Under the pieces are notes generated by a model. That model was given only the letters and a program-made list of their open reading frames with translations, searched no databases and was not told the origin of the DNA. From Dehalococcoidia bacterium (GTDB lineage: Bacteria > Chloroflexota > Dehalococcoidia > Bin125), in contig OY820591.1 in NCBI GenBank assembly GCA_963555985.3, forward strand, positions 960,001-1,024,000: a stretch of DNA of 64,000 nucleotides, in the 5' to 3' direction. Of the stretch, positions 19,592 to 30,864 are shown piece after piece. Within the stretch, counting starts at the first letter, position 1, and each line of letters starts with the position of its first letter. The translations under genes and the position numbers were made by a program.

Positions 19592-21565
19592 ATGATTCGT
19601 ACACAGGGCCTTCTGCGACTGGCAGCGGTGGCGGCGCTCGTCATCGTGGCGTTCGCCATGCAGGACCTTGTTTCTAACGGGGGTGGGGCGGCGCCTAGCC
19701 TCTCCGCGATTACTGCAGCTGAGGGCAGTAAGGCGGAGACAACGGTACGGATCGCCGCCAAACGGTGGCCCAGCGGGAACACCGAGTACCGGTTGCAGGT
19801 GCGGATGAACGGTGAGTGGGGCGAGCGCATCGCGCCGCACAGCCGCTCGTTCTCGGCGCGCACCGGTGTAGGACAGTGGCGGAGCGGGTCCGCGCTCGAG
19901 TTGGACAGCGGTCACTTCGTGCGGATATCGGCCCAGCGGCTGACGAGCGGTCAGATCGAATTCGCGCTGCAGGAACAGGTGGACGACGAGTGGGGCGAGC
20001 GGATGCTGCCCGAGATTCGGCTGTTGCCCAGCGATCCGCCCGTCGACACGTGGCTGTACAGCTCGGAGTTAACGCTCCGCCCGTCGCCGCGCTTTGCGCC
20101 GGTCGTGGACGTGAGCGGCTGGGCCTCGGCCACGGTTCAGTACTCATCTTCGTTTGATCAGGGCGGCGTCCAGACCTGGGTGCGCGGCAGCGCCGCCGAA
20201 GGCGAGCTGCAGCTGCTGCAAGCCTGCCGCAACAGCGAGGACGTAGAGCTACAGATCGAGGGTTTGTCCACTTCAGCCGAAAGCCTGGTCGTGATGTCCG
20301 AGAACGGTTCAAGCGGGGTCGAGGTCAGTGTGACCATCGACGACGGCAAGGCTGAGTCGCACCTCTGGCATGCGATGAGCGACGGCCAGTTGCACTGGGT
20401 CAGCGCGGGAGGTAACGCGACTCCGTTGATCAACAGCCTGCGAGGCGCGACGACGCTGAGCGCCTCAGTGCTCGGCTCAGGCCTGCCGGAGGCGACGTTC
20501 GACCTCCGAGGCATGTTCGACACGCGGGTGCAGGGTAACATCGATGAGTGCGGCAACTACGTCGATCCGGCCTGGCAACCAGTCATTGTTGATCGCGGAA
20601 CCACCGATGCTGGCGCTTACTTCTGGAGCTTCACCGACAAGGGCTTTGGCCTTTACACCCGGATCTCAGTCCTAGCGAGTAGTGAAACATCTGCCTCTGA
20701 CAACCCTCCGGTCTATCTTAAGGTCACCTGCGGAAGCGGAACCGGGGGAGTCAGCGTCATCATAGACCCCCTGCCCATCGCTGGTGGTACGTACACCATT
20801 CGCAGCAGGGTGGATGATGGCGCATGGGTGGAGGGGCAAGGGTATCTCCAAGGGGATGACGATAGCTCCATCCTGTCATTTGGCGAGCACTACCTTTGGT
20901 TACGCCACGGTACCACTCTGGAGTTGGAGGTTCTGATCGACTCGGCTTGGCGGGCAGCGTTCGATTTGGCAGAACTCTTCGACACGCCGGTTCAAACGAA
21001 CTTCGATAACTGCGGCGCTCCTCTGTGGCCGCAGGCATTCACTTACGTGCCGATCGTCACGCGCGGGTGGATTACTCATAGTGACTCAGCTTTTGAATCG
21101 ATCTTGTACCGCTCGCATCAGGTGGCCTCCCGTAGCTTCAGCTTCGTCCAAAAGCAAATCGCTCATCCGGACGCGCACAACGATTCGGCAGAATTGGTCC
21201 TTAGCTGCAGCCATGACAGCTTTTACGTTCGTGTCGGCTACTTCGATCTGTTCGATTCTCCTGTCCCGCCGCGTCTTTTGGACGTGGGAGTCGAATTAGA
21301 CGGCATCACGCTGCCCACGGTGTCATGGACAGTGGGAAGTGATGGTGATGGAACGCACATTCAGACGGATGATGCTGGGCGCCTGATTGCTCGATTGCGT
21401 CGCGCGTCGTCGATGACGGTGACCATTGACGGTGCTGACTTGGAGCCACTCACCTTCGACCTGGCCGACATGTTCAACACGCCGATCCAGGAGAACCTAG
21501 ACAACTGCGGCATGTACAAGCCAGGCGAGACTCGCGAACTGGAACTGGAGGATTCTGGGTCGTAG
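19592..21565 (+). CDS. exported protein: two shared N-terminal modules + three ~155-aa Cys-containing repeats
   Basis: Signal peptide; repeats end FDLRGMFDTRVQGNIDECG / FDLAELFDTPVQTNFDNCG / FDLADMFNTPIQENLDNCG. Confidence 0.85.
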   Translation: MIRTQGLLRLAAVAALVIVAFAMQDLVSNGGGAAPSLSAITAAEGSKAETTVRIAAKRWPSGNTEYRLQVRMNGEWGERIAPHSRSFSARTGVGQWRSGSALELDSGHFVRISAQRLTSGQIEFALQEQVDDEWGERMLPEIRLLPSDPPVDTWLYSSELTLRPSPRFAPVVDVSGWASATVQYSSSFDQGGVQTWVRGSAAEGELQLLQACRNSEDVELQIEGLSTSAESLVVMSENGSSGVEVSVTIDDGKAESHLWHAMSDGQLHWVSAGGNATPLINSLRGATTLSASVLGSGLPEATFDLRGMFDTRVQGNIDECGNYVDPAWQPVIVDRGTTDAGAYFWSFTDKGFGLYTRISVLASSETSASDNPPVYLKVTCGSGTGGVSVIIDPLPIAGGTYTIRSRVDDGAWVEGQGYLQGDDDSSILSFGEHYLWLRHGTTLELEVLIDSAWRAAFDLAELFDTPVQTNFDNCGAPLWPQAFTYVPIVTRGWITHSDSAFESILYRSHQVASRSFSFVQKQIAHPDAHNDSAELVLSCSHDSFYVRVGYFDLFDSPVPPRLLDVGVELDGITLPTVSWTVGSDGDGTHIQTDDAGRLIARLRRASSMTVTIDGADLEPLTFDLADMFNTPIQENLDNCGMYKPGETRELELEDSGS

Positions 21566-21659
21566 CGCGCCGCTGGTCGCCTGCACAGAACGCCATCGTC
21601 GCGGCTCTGCTGCGGCGGGGGGTATTCTGTTCCTAGCTACAGGGCGGGAGCAATGAGCA

Positions 21660-22085
21660 ATGACTGAGACAGCCGTGGAACAGATTCGGGTCCTGGTGGC
21701 GAAACCGGGGCTTGACGGGCATGATCGGGGGGCGAAGATTGTCGCTCGCGCGTTGCGCGATGCGGGCATGGAAGTGATCTACACCGGCATCCGCCAGACG
21801 CCGGCGATGATCGCCGAGGCCGCGCTGCAGGAGGATGTGCACGTGGTGGCGCTATCAGTGCTGTCGGGCGCGCACCTGGAGTTGTTCCCGCGCGTCGTCG
21901 ACGCCTGCCGCGAGCGGGGGATCACGCCGGAGAACACGCTCTTCCTCGGCGGCGGCATCATTCCCGACGACGACGCGGCAGTCTTGCATGAGGCAGGCTT
22001 CGCGGCCGTCTTCGGCCCCGGGGCCCATACCGGCGATATTGCCGAGTACGTCCGCGCCCATGTGCCCGAGCTCGACCGTTCGTGA
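21660..22085 (+). CDS. methylmalonyl-CoA mutase small (B12-binding) subunit
   Basis: [37 protein letters not shown]. Confidence 0.95.
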   Translation: MTETAVEQIRVLVAKPGLDGHDRGAKIVARALRDAGMEVIYTGIRQTPAMIAEAALQEDVHVVALSVLSGAHLELFPRVVDACRERGITPENTLFLGGGIIPDDDAAVLHEAGFAAVFGPGAHTGDIAEYVRAHVPELDRS

Positions 22086-23065
22086 CGACCGAGACGGCGT
22101 CCGCGCCGAATACCCAACTGTCCGGTCGGCTGGCCGAGCTGGAAGCGCGCCTCCAGGCGAAGGATCGCCGCGCGCTGGCGCGGGTGCTGAGTTGGGTCGA
22201 AAGCGGCGACGAACGCGGGCGCGAGATGCTGCGGGCGCTCTATCCGCGCAGCGGCCGGGCGCGGACGATTGGGCTGACAGGTTCGCCCGGGGCGGGCAAG
22301 AGCACGGTCACGAACGAGTTGGCGAAGGAGTTTCGCGCGCGCGGGCAGACGGTGGGGATTGTCGCGGTGGATCCGTCCAGTCCCTACACGATGGGCGCGA
22401 TTCTGGGCGATCGCGTACGGATGGCGGAATTGCACGCCGATCCAGACGTATTCATCCGCTCGTTGGCGAGCCGAGGCGCGTTAGGCGGACTCTCGGCCGC
22501 GACGCAGGACGTAATTCACGTACTGGATGCGTTCGGCAAGGACATGATCTTGATTGAGACGGTCGGAGCGGGGCAGGACGAAGTCGAGATCGCCGGCTGC
22601 GCCCAGACGACGGTGCTGGTCAATACTCCGAACATGGGCGACGAAGTGCAGACGCTCAAGGCGGGGATCATGGAGATCGCGGACGTACTCGCAGTGAACA
22701 AGTCGGACTTGCCCGGCGCCGATCGGATGGTCTCGGCGCTCAAGGCGCTGCTGTCGCTCGCTCCCGATCGTGGTTGGCAGCCGCCGGTGACGCGGATCGT
22801 GGCGACGCGCGGTGAGGGGATCGTGGAGCTTGCCGACGCCTGCGAGTCGCACTTTGACGATTTGCAGGCGTCTGGCCGTCTCGCCGAGTCGGAGTTGGCC
22901 CGCGCGCGTCAGCAGATCACGGCGCTGGCGCGTGGCAGTCTGTTGGCGCGATTGCAGAGCGAGGCCGGTGAGGCGCGATTGGATGAACTGTGCGCAGCGG
23001 TAGCAGAGCGGCGAGCGGACCCGCATTCCGCCGCCGACGAATGGATTGGGACTCGCGGAGCATGA
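22082..23065 (+). CDS. meaB: MeaB/ArgK GTPase chaperone
   Basis: [53 protein letters not shown]. Confidence 0.93.
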   Translation: MTTETASAPNTQLSGRLAELEARLQAKDRRALARVLSWVESGDERGREMLRALYPRSGRARTIGLTGSPGAGKSTVTNELAKEFRARGQTVGIVAVDPSSPYTMGAILGDRVRMAELHADPDVFIRSLASRGALGGLSAATQDVIHVLDAFGKDMILIETVGAGQDEVEIAGCAQTTVLVNTPNMGDEVQTLKAGIMEIADVLAVNKSDLPGADRMVSALKALLSLAPDRGWQPPVTRIVATRGEGIVELADACESHFDDLQASGRLAESELARARQQITALARGSLLARLQSEAGEARLDELCAAVAERRADPHSAADEWIGTRGA

Positions 23066-23742
23066 GCGAATCGGTACAGCGGCTGCGGATCACGTTCGGA
23101 GCGGAGGGATCGCTGCGCTACGTGTCCCATCTCGATCTGATGCGGGTCTGGGAACGGGTCTGCAAGCGGGCGGGACTGCCGCTGTCGCAGTCTCAAGGCT
23201 TTTCGCCGCGCCCGAAGATCGCGTTGGCAGCGCCGCTGGCGGTCGGAGTGACCTCGGAGTGCGAACTGCTGGATGTGCTGCTTGACGAGCGCGTGCCGCT
23301 GGAAGACGCCCTGCTGCGTTTGACCCCTCAACTGACACCCGGTTTGACGATTCGCGCACTCACGGAATCGGCGCTCAAACAGCCCTCGTTGCAGTCGCTG
23401 CTGCGTTCGGCCAGCTACGAGGCCGAAGTCGCCGATGTGCGCTCGGCTGAAGAGTGGCGCGTGGAGATCGCCAAGTTGCTGGCGGCGGACTCGGTGCCCT
23501 GGAGCCATCAGCGCGGTAAGGAGACGAAGGAGTACGATCTGCGTCCGCTGATCTTCGATCTGGGCCTGACCGGCGTTTACGCCGGACGTGCGTCTTTGGC
23601 GATGCGCTTGCGCAACGACGAGCGGGGAGCGGGACGCCCGGAGCAGGTCGCGCGGGCGCTGGGCGCGAAGCAGGAACCGGATCGGATCCATCGAACCGCG
23701 CTTGAGTTGGCGGAACCCGCAGCGCTCAAGCGTTCAGCCTGA
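23062..23742 (+). CDS. DUF2344 / TIGR03936 radical-SAM-associated family protein
   Basis: LRYVSHLDLMRVWER..KRAGLP...SQGFSPRPKI..AAPL.VGV.S..E, YDLRPLI. Confidence 0.88.
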   Translation: MSESVQRLRITFGAEGSLRYVSHLDLMRVWERVCKRAGLPLSQSQGFSPRPKIALAAPLAVGVTSECELLDVLLDERVPLEDALLRLTPQLTPGLTIRALTESALKQPSLQSLLRSASYEAEVADVRSAEEWRVEIAKLLAADSVPWSHQRGKETKEYDLRPLIFDLGLTGVYAGRASLAMRLRNDERGAGRPEQVARALGAKQEPDRIHRTALELAEPAALKRSA

Positions 23743-23752
23743 GAGTGATCTT

Positions 23753-24385
23753 GTGCGACAGATCTACATCCTGCGTCATGTCGAATCGGAGGCGAACCGA
23801 GCCCAGGTGGGGCTGGGGCGGACCGACTCTCCGCCGACGGAGCTGGGGCGGCGTCAGATCGCTGCCACTGCTGAGGCGCTCGCGGACGAGCCAATTACGC
23901 GGATTCTGAGCAGTCCGCTCCAGCGGGCGCGGCTCTTGGCCGAAGCGATCGGTGCCGTTCGCAGTGTTGAGGTGGAGTCGCGTGACGAGCTGCTGGAATT
24001 GGATGTAGGCAAGTTGGAAGGCCTCGACTGGAGCATCACGCGGGAACGCTACGGCGATTTCCTGCGCGCCTGGCGCGGAGACGAAGCTGCCGAGACGCCG
24101 ATGCCGGGCGGGGAGTCGTTGGTTGACGTGCTGCGGCGCTCGCGTCCGTTGTTCGACTCGCTGGTCGATGATCCGGCGGACGGGGCGGCGCTAATCGTCT
24201 CACACAACTTCGTAGTGCGAATGCTGCTCGTCCATGCGCTGGATCTGCCCGTTCGCGCCTGGCGACGATTTGATGTGGGGTTGGCGGGATTGACGACACT
24301 GCGCGTGCAGGACGGCGTTCCGGTCGTGGAGCGGCTGAATGATCGGCATCATCTCGACGCGCTCCGAGGGTTCGCCCTAGAGTGA
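23753..24385 (+). CDS. histidine phosphatase family protein
   Basis: ILRHVESE (RHG variant), SSPLQRA, ELDVGKLEG, PGGES, IVSH. Confidence 0.88.
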   Translation: MRQIYILRHVESEANRAQVGLGRTDSPPTELGRRQIAATAEALADEPITRILSSPLQRARLLAEAIGAVRSVEVESRDELLELDVGKLEGLDWSITRERYGDFLRAWRGDEAAETPMPGGESLVDVLRRSRPLFDSLVDDPADGAALIVSHNFVVRMLLVHALDLPVRAWRRFDVGLAGLTTLRVQDGVPVVERLNDRHHLDALRGFALE

Positions 24386-24411
24386 ATGCGGCGGCGGGCG
24401 CGTGAGCGCCG

Positions 24412-25026
24412 ATGACTTCGGAATCCAGCGACCCTGAGGGCGAGGCCGCGCGCGCGGTCGAGCCGCATGACGCGGACGAGCAACGCGAACCGGACAGACT
24501 AGTCGCGCCGCTTGCAGCGCAGTCAGCTCCGATCGGGCCGTATACGGAGACAGCTGCGGCGCAGCCGGCGCCCATGCCCGCCCTGCCCGCGCCGCCCCGC
24601 CGCCGGCCGCTGCGTCGCCTGCTTTCGACGCTGGCGTTTGTCGGTGCGCTGGTGCTGGTTGGCTATGTGGTCTACAGCGGCGTTCAGAATCTGGTCGGAG
24701 GAAATCTCTTTCAGGAGCGGATCGCCGAGACCGAAGCGGAGATTGAGCAACTGCGAATCCAGGCGAGCCAACTGGCGGCCTTGATCGCGTATCTCGATTC
24801 CGACGCCTACATTGAGCGCACGGCGCGGGAGGATTTGGGCATGGTGCGTCCGGGCGAGGAGGCGTTCGCAATACACGCGCCGGCGCGGAGCAGCTTGGAG
24901 ATCCGGCGCTCGCCCTGGTGGGCGAACCTGTTGCCGGACTCGGCGACGGAGCAATTCAGCCTGTTCTTGGAGGAGGACAGCGGGCTGAGCGCCGCTCAAC
25001 CGATCGGAGCCGGCCCTGGCGAGTGA
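24412..25026 (+). CDS. septum formation initiator (FtsB/DivIC family)
   Basis: TM helix, coiled coil, SDAYIERTAREDLGMVRPGE. Confidence 0.8.
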   Translation: MTSESSDPEGEAARAVEPHDADEQREPDRLVAPLAAQSAPIGPYTETAAAQPAPMPALPAPPRRRPLRRLLSTLAFVGALVLVGYVVYSGVQNLVGGNLFQERIAETEAEIEQLRIQASQLAALIAYLDSDAYIERTAREDLGMVRPGEEAFAIHAPARSSLEIRRSPWWANLLPDSATEQFSLFLEEDSGLSAAQPIGAGPGE

Positions 25027-25030
25027 GTGA

Positions 25031-26083
25031 GTGATCGGCGTGAAGCTGCACAGTCGAGAACTTCGCAGTCTTGGCCAGCGAGCGGCGCGGTCGCTGTTGG
25101 AGGCAGCCGGACCCGGGCATGGCCGAACGCTGCTGACCGGGTTGTCGGGCGGGGCTGATTCGGCGGCGCTGCTGTTTCTGTTGGCGGACACGCAGCAGCG
25201 GCACGGCTGGCGGCTGCGGGCCGCGCATGTCGATCACGGGATTCAGGATGCGGAAATTCGCGCTGCGTTTCGTTCCACCGCCGCGAAAGCGGCCCGGATC
25301 GCCGGCGCAGCGTTTGACCTCGTCAAGGTGGATGCACGATCCGAACTCGCCGCCGGCGGCGGGATCGAGGCGGCGGCGCGCCGTGTCCGCTATCGAGCCC
25401 TTGCGGAGATTGCGGATCGCCGCCAGGCGGAGCTGATTGCAGTGGCGCACACACTCGACGACCAGGCGGAGACCGTACTGCTGCATGTTCTGCGCGGAAC
25501 AGGAATTGACGGGCTGGCGGCGATGTCGCCAATCGCGCCCGTGCCGGAAGTCGAATCCGAGTTGCGGCTTGTCCGTCCGCTGCTCGGACACACTCGCGCG
25601 GAAACGCGGCGGATCTGCGAGCTGCACGACTTTAATCCGGTCGACGATCCGGCCAATCACGACCTCACGCGCGTGCGCAACCGCTTGCGTCACGAGCTGA
25701 TGCCACTGCTGCGAGAGTTCAATCCGCGCGTGGCGGCGGCCTTGGCGGAATTGGCCCTCAGCGCGAGTGGGGATCGAGAATTGCTGGAATCGCAGGCTCG
25801 CGCGGCCATTGTGGACGCGGCTGTGGAAGGCGGTACTCCCGCTCTGGAGCGGAGCTCATTGCTCGCGCAGCCGCCCGCGCTGCGGGCTCGGGTACTGCGA
25901 ATGTTTGCCGATTCATACGGCGCCCCGCTGACGGCGGAACGGACGCGGGCCGCACTCGCTGCGCTGGAGCGCGGGCGGGGGGCGATCGAACTCGGCTGCG
26001 GACGGGCGCTGCGTGTCGCAGATGGCAGAGTGACGGTGGAGATCGGGGACGAAGCCGGCGGCGGCGCAGGGAATCAGATTTGA
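25031..26083 (+). CDS. tilS: tRNA(Ile)-lysidine synthetase
   Basis: SGGADS, HVDHG, EAAARRVRY, AHTLDDQAETVL, RPLL, RNRLRH. Confidence 0.93.
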   Translation: MIGVKLHSRELRSLGQRAARSLLEAAGPGHGRTLLTGLSGGADSAALLFLLADTQQRHGWRLRAAHVDHGIQDAEIRAAFRSTAAKAARIAGAAFDLVKVDARSELAAGGGIEAAARRVRYRALAEIADRRQAELIAVAHTLDDQAETVLLHVLRGTGIDGLAAMSPIAPVPEVESELRLVRPLLGHTRAETRRICELHDFNPVDDPANHDLTRVRNRLRHELMPLLREFNPRVAAALAELALSASGDRELLESQARAAIVDAAVEGGTPALERSSLLAQPPALRARVLRMFADSYGAPLTAERTRAALAALERGRGAIELGCGRALRVADGRVTVEIGDEAGGGAGNQI

Positions 26084-26109
26084 CAACCGCAATTCCGTCT
26101 GGCTAAGAT
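26080..26109 (+). promoter_or_regulatory. rRNA promoter
   Basis: TTGACA (26080-26085), 18 bp, TAAGAT (26104-26109). Confidence 0.65.
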
Positions 26110-26174
26110 GTGTGTCTGCGCTCGTGGAGAGTGCGCCGCTCGACCGCCATTGGCGGGAGGCCGGAGCGCAATCG

Positions 26175-26225
26175 GCGGCCAGCCTTAACAATTGGAGAGC
26201 GGAAGTCCAGTGTGCTTGGGGAGCC
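26175..26225 (+). other. 16S leader arm of the processing stem (pairs with about 27905-27953)
   Basis: ccttaacaattggagagcggaag is complementary to cttccgctctccaacggttaagg. Confidence 0.7.
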
Positions 26226-26335
26226 CCCCCAAGTCCGGACCCAGCCAGACCCGGCGCGCGCCGTCCTCGGACGGGGCGAATCGGGGCAAGTGGTCCGGCA
26301 AACCCTCACCTTTGCAGTCGGCTCGACCGGCTGAT

Positions 26336-27836
<1,501 letters not shown>

Positions 27837-27980
27837 CTAGGGAGCACGCCCTCAACGGGCGCATCCCAGGTCGATCCACCCGCCCCACCAGGGCAGGTGC
27901 GACGGACTCCCCCAATGCGCTGGCTTCCGCTCTCCAACGGTTAAGGCCGCCGCCCCACTAGCGGGCGCGCCGTCCGCCTC

Positions 27981-28057
27981 GGGCCATTAGCTCAGCAGGT
28001 TAGAGCGCAGTCCTGATAAGACTGAGGTCCCTGGTTCGAGTCCAGGATGGCCCACCA
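27981..28057 (+). tRNA. tRNA-Ile(GAT)
   Basis: GGGCCATTAGCTCAG...CAGTC-CT-GAT-AA-GACTG...CCA. Confidence 0.96.
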
Positions 28058-28133
28058 AACGACAACCCCCCACCTCCTCAACCGGACGCTCCACCCCGGC
28101 CCCGGACTGCTACCGTGACCCCAGGAGCCGACC

Positions 28134-28385
28134 ATGACCATCCGCAGCGTCCGCGCCCGCTACCGCAACGGCGTCCTCGAACCACTCGACACCCTCGCGC
28201 TGAGCGAGGACCAGGAAGTCCTACTCACCCTGGACGACACGGAGAAGCCGCCTCCCGATCCTCAAGCGTTCGTACAGGCAGCCGGAGGTTGGGTCGGGCA
28301 GTTCGACGACTACAAGGCGTTGATCCGCGACATCTACCAAGCCCGCATCGACGGCTCGCGCCATAACCACCCGCGCAATCTCTGA
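28134..28385 (+). CDS. orphan DUF104-like antitoxin
   Basis: SVRARYRNGVLEPLDTLALSEDQEVLLTL, similar to 18750 protein; AGGAG SD; no PIN gene follows. Confidence 0.8.
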   Translation: MTIRSVRARYRNGVLEPLDTLALSEDQEVLLTLDDTEKPPPDPQAFVQAAGGWVGQFDDYKALIRDIYQARIDGSRHNHPRNL

Positions 28386-28456
28386 GCGCCTGCGCTTATC
28401 CGCCCGCAGTCCCCCCGATCACCCCCTGCTCAGAGTCGCGCGTAAATCCCCATTTC

Positions 28457-28483
28457 CGTCATTCCCGCGCAGGCGGGAATCCA
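28457..28483. repeat. CGTC-type REP hairpin
   Basis: CGTCATTCCCGCGCAGGCGGGAATCCA. Confidence 0.8.
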
Positions 28484-28586
28484 TCCGGCTCTCTGCTCAG
28501 CAAGGCGCAGAACTGACCGAACCCGGACGACCAACCATGTACGCACAGGTCTTCTGCTGGAGTACCATGCAGCACAGGAGACCACC

Positions 28587-29003
28587 ATGGGCGGGATCAT
28601 CGTCGAAATCCAACTGGAAAACTTCGAGGACCGGCTTGACGCGCTTCGGGGGCGGATTGACGAGAGCGCCGTGCGGCGCGAGACGATTCGCGCGGTGGCA
28701 GACACCGGCGCGCGGATGTTGGCTCTGCCCCAGGATCTGGTCGACCGCCTGGGCTTGGCGGAAGTCGAGCGCGTGGCGACCGTCTACGCGGACGGTCGCA
28801 GCGGTGAGTTGCCGGTCGCCGGCTACATGATGCTGCGATTCGGCGAGCGCGAAATGCAGACCGACTGCCTCGTCGTACCGGAGGGCGCAGAGGCGCTGCT
28901 CGGTCAGATTGCGATGGAGCGGATGGACCTGATCGCCGACTGCGCCAATCAGACCTTGACGGGGAGACCGGAGTCCCCCGATCGCCCCCTGCTACGGGTA
29001 TAG
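28587..29003 (+). CDS. single-domain clan AA (retropepsin-like) aspartic protease
   Basis: AVADTGARMLALP, YADGR, ALLGQIAMERMDL. Confidence 0.88.
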   Translation: MGGIIVEIQLENFEDRLDALRGRIDESAVRRETIRAVADTGARMLALPQDLVDRLGLAEVERVATVYADGRSGELPVAGYMMLRFGEREMQTDCLVVPEGAEALLGQIAMERMDLIADCANQTLTGRPESPDRPLLRV

Positions 29004-29084
29004 AAATTCCCCAACACTCCCCGTCCCCGATTCACTCGGGGACCCGTTCCACAACCAACCGACGCCCAGCCCCAGCCCCCCAAC

Positions 29085-29110
29085 CGTCATTCCCAGCTTG
29101 ACTGGGAATC
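29085..29110. repeat. CGTC-type REP hairpin variant
   Basis: CGTCATTCCCAGCTTGACTGGGAATC. Confidence 0.7.
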
Positions 29111-29119
29111 TCGCCCGTC

Positions 29120-29272
29120 CAGGTACAGGCGGATTACCTAGTCGCGTCCACCGGCGCCGAAGCGCTGGTCGGTCAAATCGTCATGCAGCGCCTCGACCTC
29201 ATCGCCGACTGCGCCAATCAAATCCTCAGCCCCCGCCCGGAGTCCGCGGATCGCCCCCTGCTGCGGGTGTGA
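29120..29272 (+). pseudogene. 3' remnant of a second aspartic protease paralog
   Basis: QVQADYLVASTGAEALVGQIVMQRLDLIADCANQILSPRPESADRPLLRV* aligns without gaps to the end of 28587-29003. Confidence 0.85.
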
Positions 29273-29486
29273 GGGCCTGATCGGAGGGACGACATTGGAG
29301 ACGAAGGGCGTTCGGAATACTTGGCGGTTGTTCTGCAATACGGCATACGCGGACGGATGTTTGGCTCCCCTGCGAAGCGAGTTCGCAGCCTCAGCCGCGT
29401 CATCGCTCGTCGGCATATCATGTACAGTGGATACGATGGCTTGGATGCGCCGAGCCGACGCTGCCGTGCCCTAGGAAAGGCGAATC

Positions 29487-30815
29487 ATGCCGGTCTCCAG
29501 CCTCACCGTCACCGATGTTGGGCCTTTCGATGAAATCGCCCTGACTTTCGATCCACACGTCAACATCTTCACCGGTCCCAATAACACAGGTAAATCCACT
29601 TTGCTGTGGGTGCTGGGGGAATTGCTGGTCTTCCCGTTCGGTATGCCGCGAAAATCTCTTCGCTCGGATGGTGCAACTTGGGAAATCCAAGTGCTCTCGA
29701 ACGACGGAGAGAAATCGGCGAAGGGCACTCTTCCCACTCTACCTGGCCCCTTGCTTGAAATCCTCGAGCACATAGGATACACGTGCTACATCCCTGCTCA
29801 ACGGCACAGCACCGACTATCGCTCCCCGGGCCCAATGTCATCTCGCGAACATGAATCTCCTTTTTCCGACTCCTTTTCCTTTTCCGAGTGGTACGAGGAA
29901 CGAGTGGCATCCCGCATTACACGCTCGGAAGGAAATCGCTACCCGTTTTCCCAACGGGAACAAGGCGATGATGACTACCCTCCCGAGTTAGCTAAACGTG
30001 CGAAGTCGATGGCTTCCGGAAATTCATTAGTTAGTGATGACGCTGTTAAACAAAAGATCATTGACCTAGACTATGCCGCTTACAGGCGGAGGAAGCCTGC
30101 TATCAAATCGGCTCTCAATGAGCTAGCCTCTATCGCCTCCGCTGTCACTCATGGATTCCATCTGACTTTTGACGGAGTGGCGGAAGACGAAGATGGGCTG
30201 TACCCTGAATTCGGTACGCCCGACGGCCCCTTGCCGCTTGATGTCTTGAGCCAAGGTACGCAATCGATTGTGCAGTTCTTGGCTCGTTTTTTGCTTGGCT
30301 ATGCGGAGTATTATGATTTTCCGTCTGACTTGCGAGAGAAGCCTGCTGTTCTTATCATCGACGAGATCGATGCGCACTTGCATCCATCTTGGCAGCAACG
30401 GGTTATACCAGCTCTCACTGAACGGTTCCCACACTTGCAGGTATTCTGCTCTACTCATTCTCCAATGATGCTCGCGGGTCTCAAAACCGGCCAGATTCAG
30501 CTGCTGCAGAGAGGTGAAACTGGAAACGTTTCGGTCACAAAGAATGAAATGGACATTGCAGGATGGACCGCCGACGAAATTTTGCGCAACATCATGGGAA
30601 TAGTGGACCCAACGGACGAAGCTTCCGCTGATCGGCTCAGGCGTCTTCAAGAACTGCTGGAGAAAGAAGAGCTCTCCGACGACGAGGCGAGTGAAGTGGC
30701 GCAGTTGCGTCAGGAGGTACGCCAAGATTTGCTGGGAGGACCAACTTCGACCATGGTAAAGGAAGTTGCAGACGGGCTCAGAGGGTCTCTGACGACGACG
30801 AGCGAGCGCTGCTAA
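29487..30815 (+). CDS. ABC/AAA_21-type ATPase (PtuA-like defence ATPase)
   Basis: GPNNTGKST, LSQG signature, LIIDEIDAHLHPSWQ, STHSP; lower GC. Confidence 0.85.
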   Translation: MPVSSLTVTDVGPFDEIALTFDPHVNIFTGPNNTGKSTLLWVLGELLVFPFGMPRKSLRSDGATWEIQVLSNDGEKSAKGTLPTLPGPLLEILEHIGYTCYIPAQRHSTDYRSPGPMSSREHESPFSDSFSFSEWYEERVASRITRSEGNRYPFSQREQGDDDYPPELAKRAKSMASGNSLVSDDAVKQKIIDLDYAAYRRRKPAIKSALNELASIASAVTHGFHLTFDGVAEDEDGLYPEFGTPDGPLPLDVLSQGTQSIVQFLARFLLGYAEYYDFPSDLREKPAVLIIDEIDAHLHPSWQQRVIPALTERFPHLQVFCSTHSPMMLAGLKTGQIQLLQRGETGNVSVTKNEMDIAGWTADEILRNIMGIVDPTDEASADRLRRLQELLEKEELSDDEASEVAQLRQEVRQDLLGGPTSTMVKEVADGLRGSLTTTSERC

Positions 30816-30864
30816 AGACACACGATGGTTTACGTGCGGCGGAGAGTCAAAGAAAGGCTAGGAC

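Noticed and set aside
28850-29272. Possible DGR variable/template repeat pair
   Set aside because: Differences are not adenine-specific, many are synonymous, and no reverse transcriptase is present
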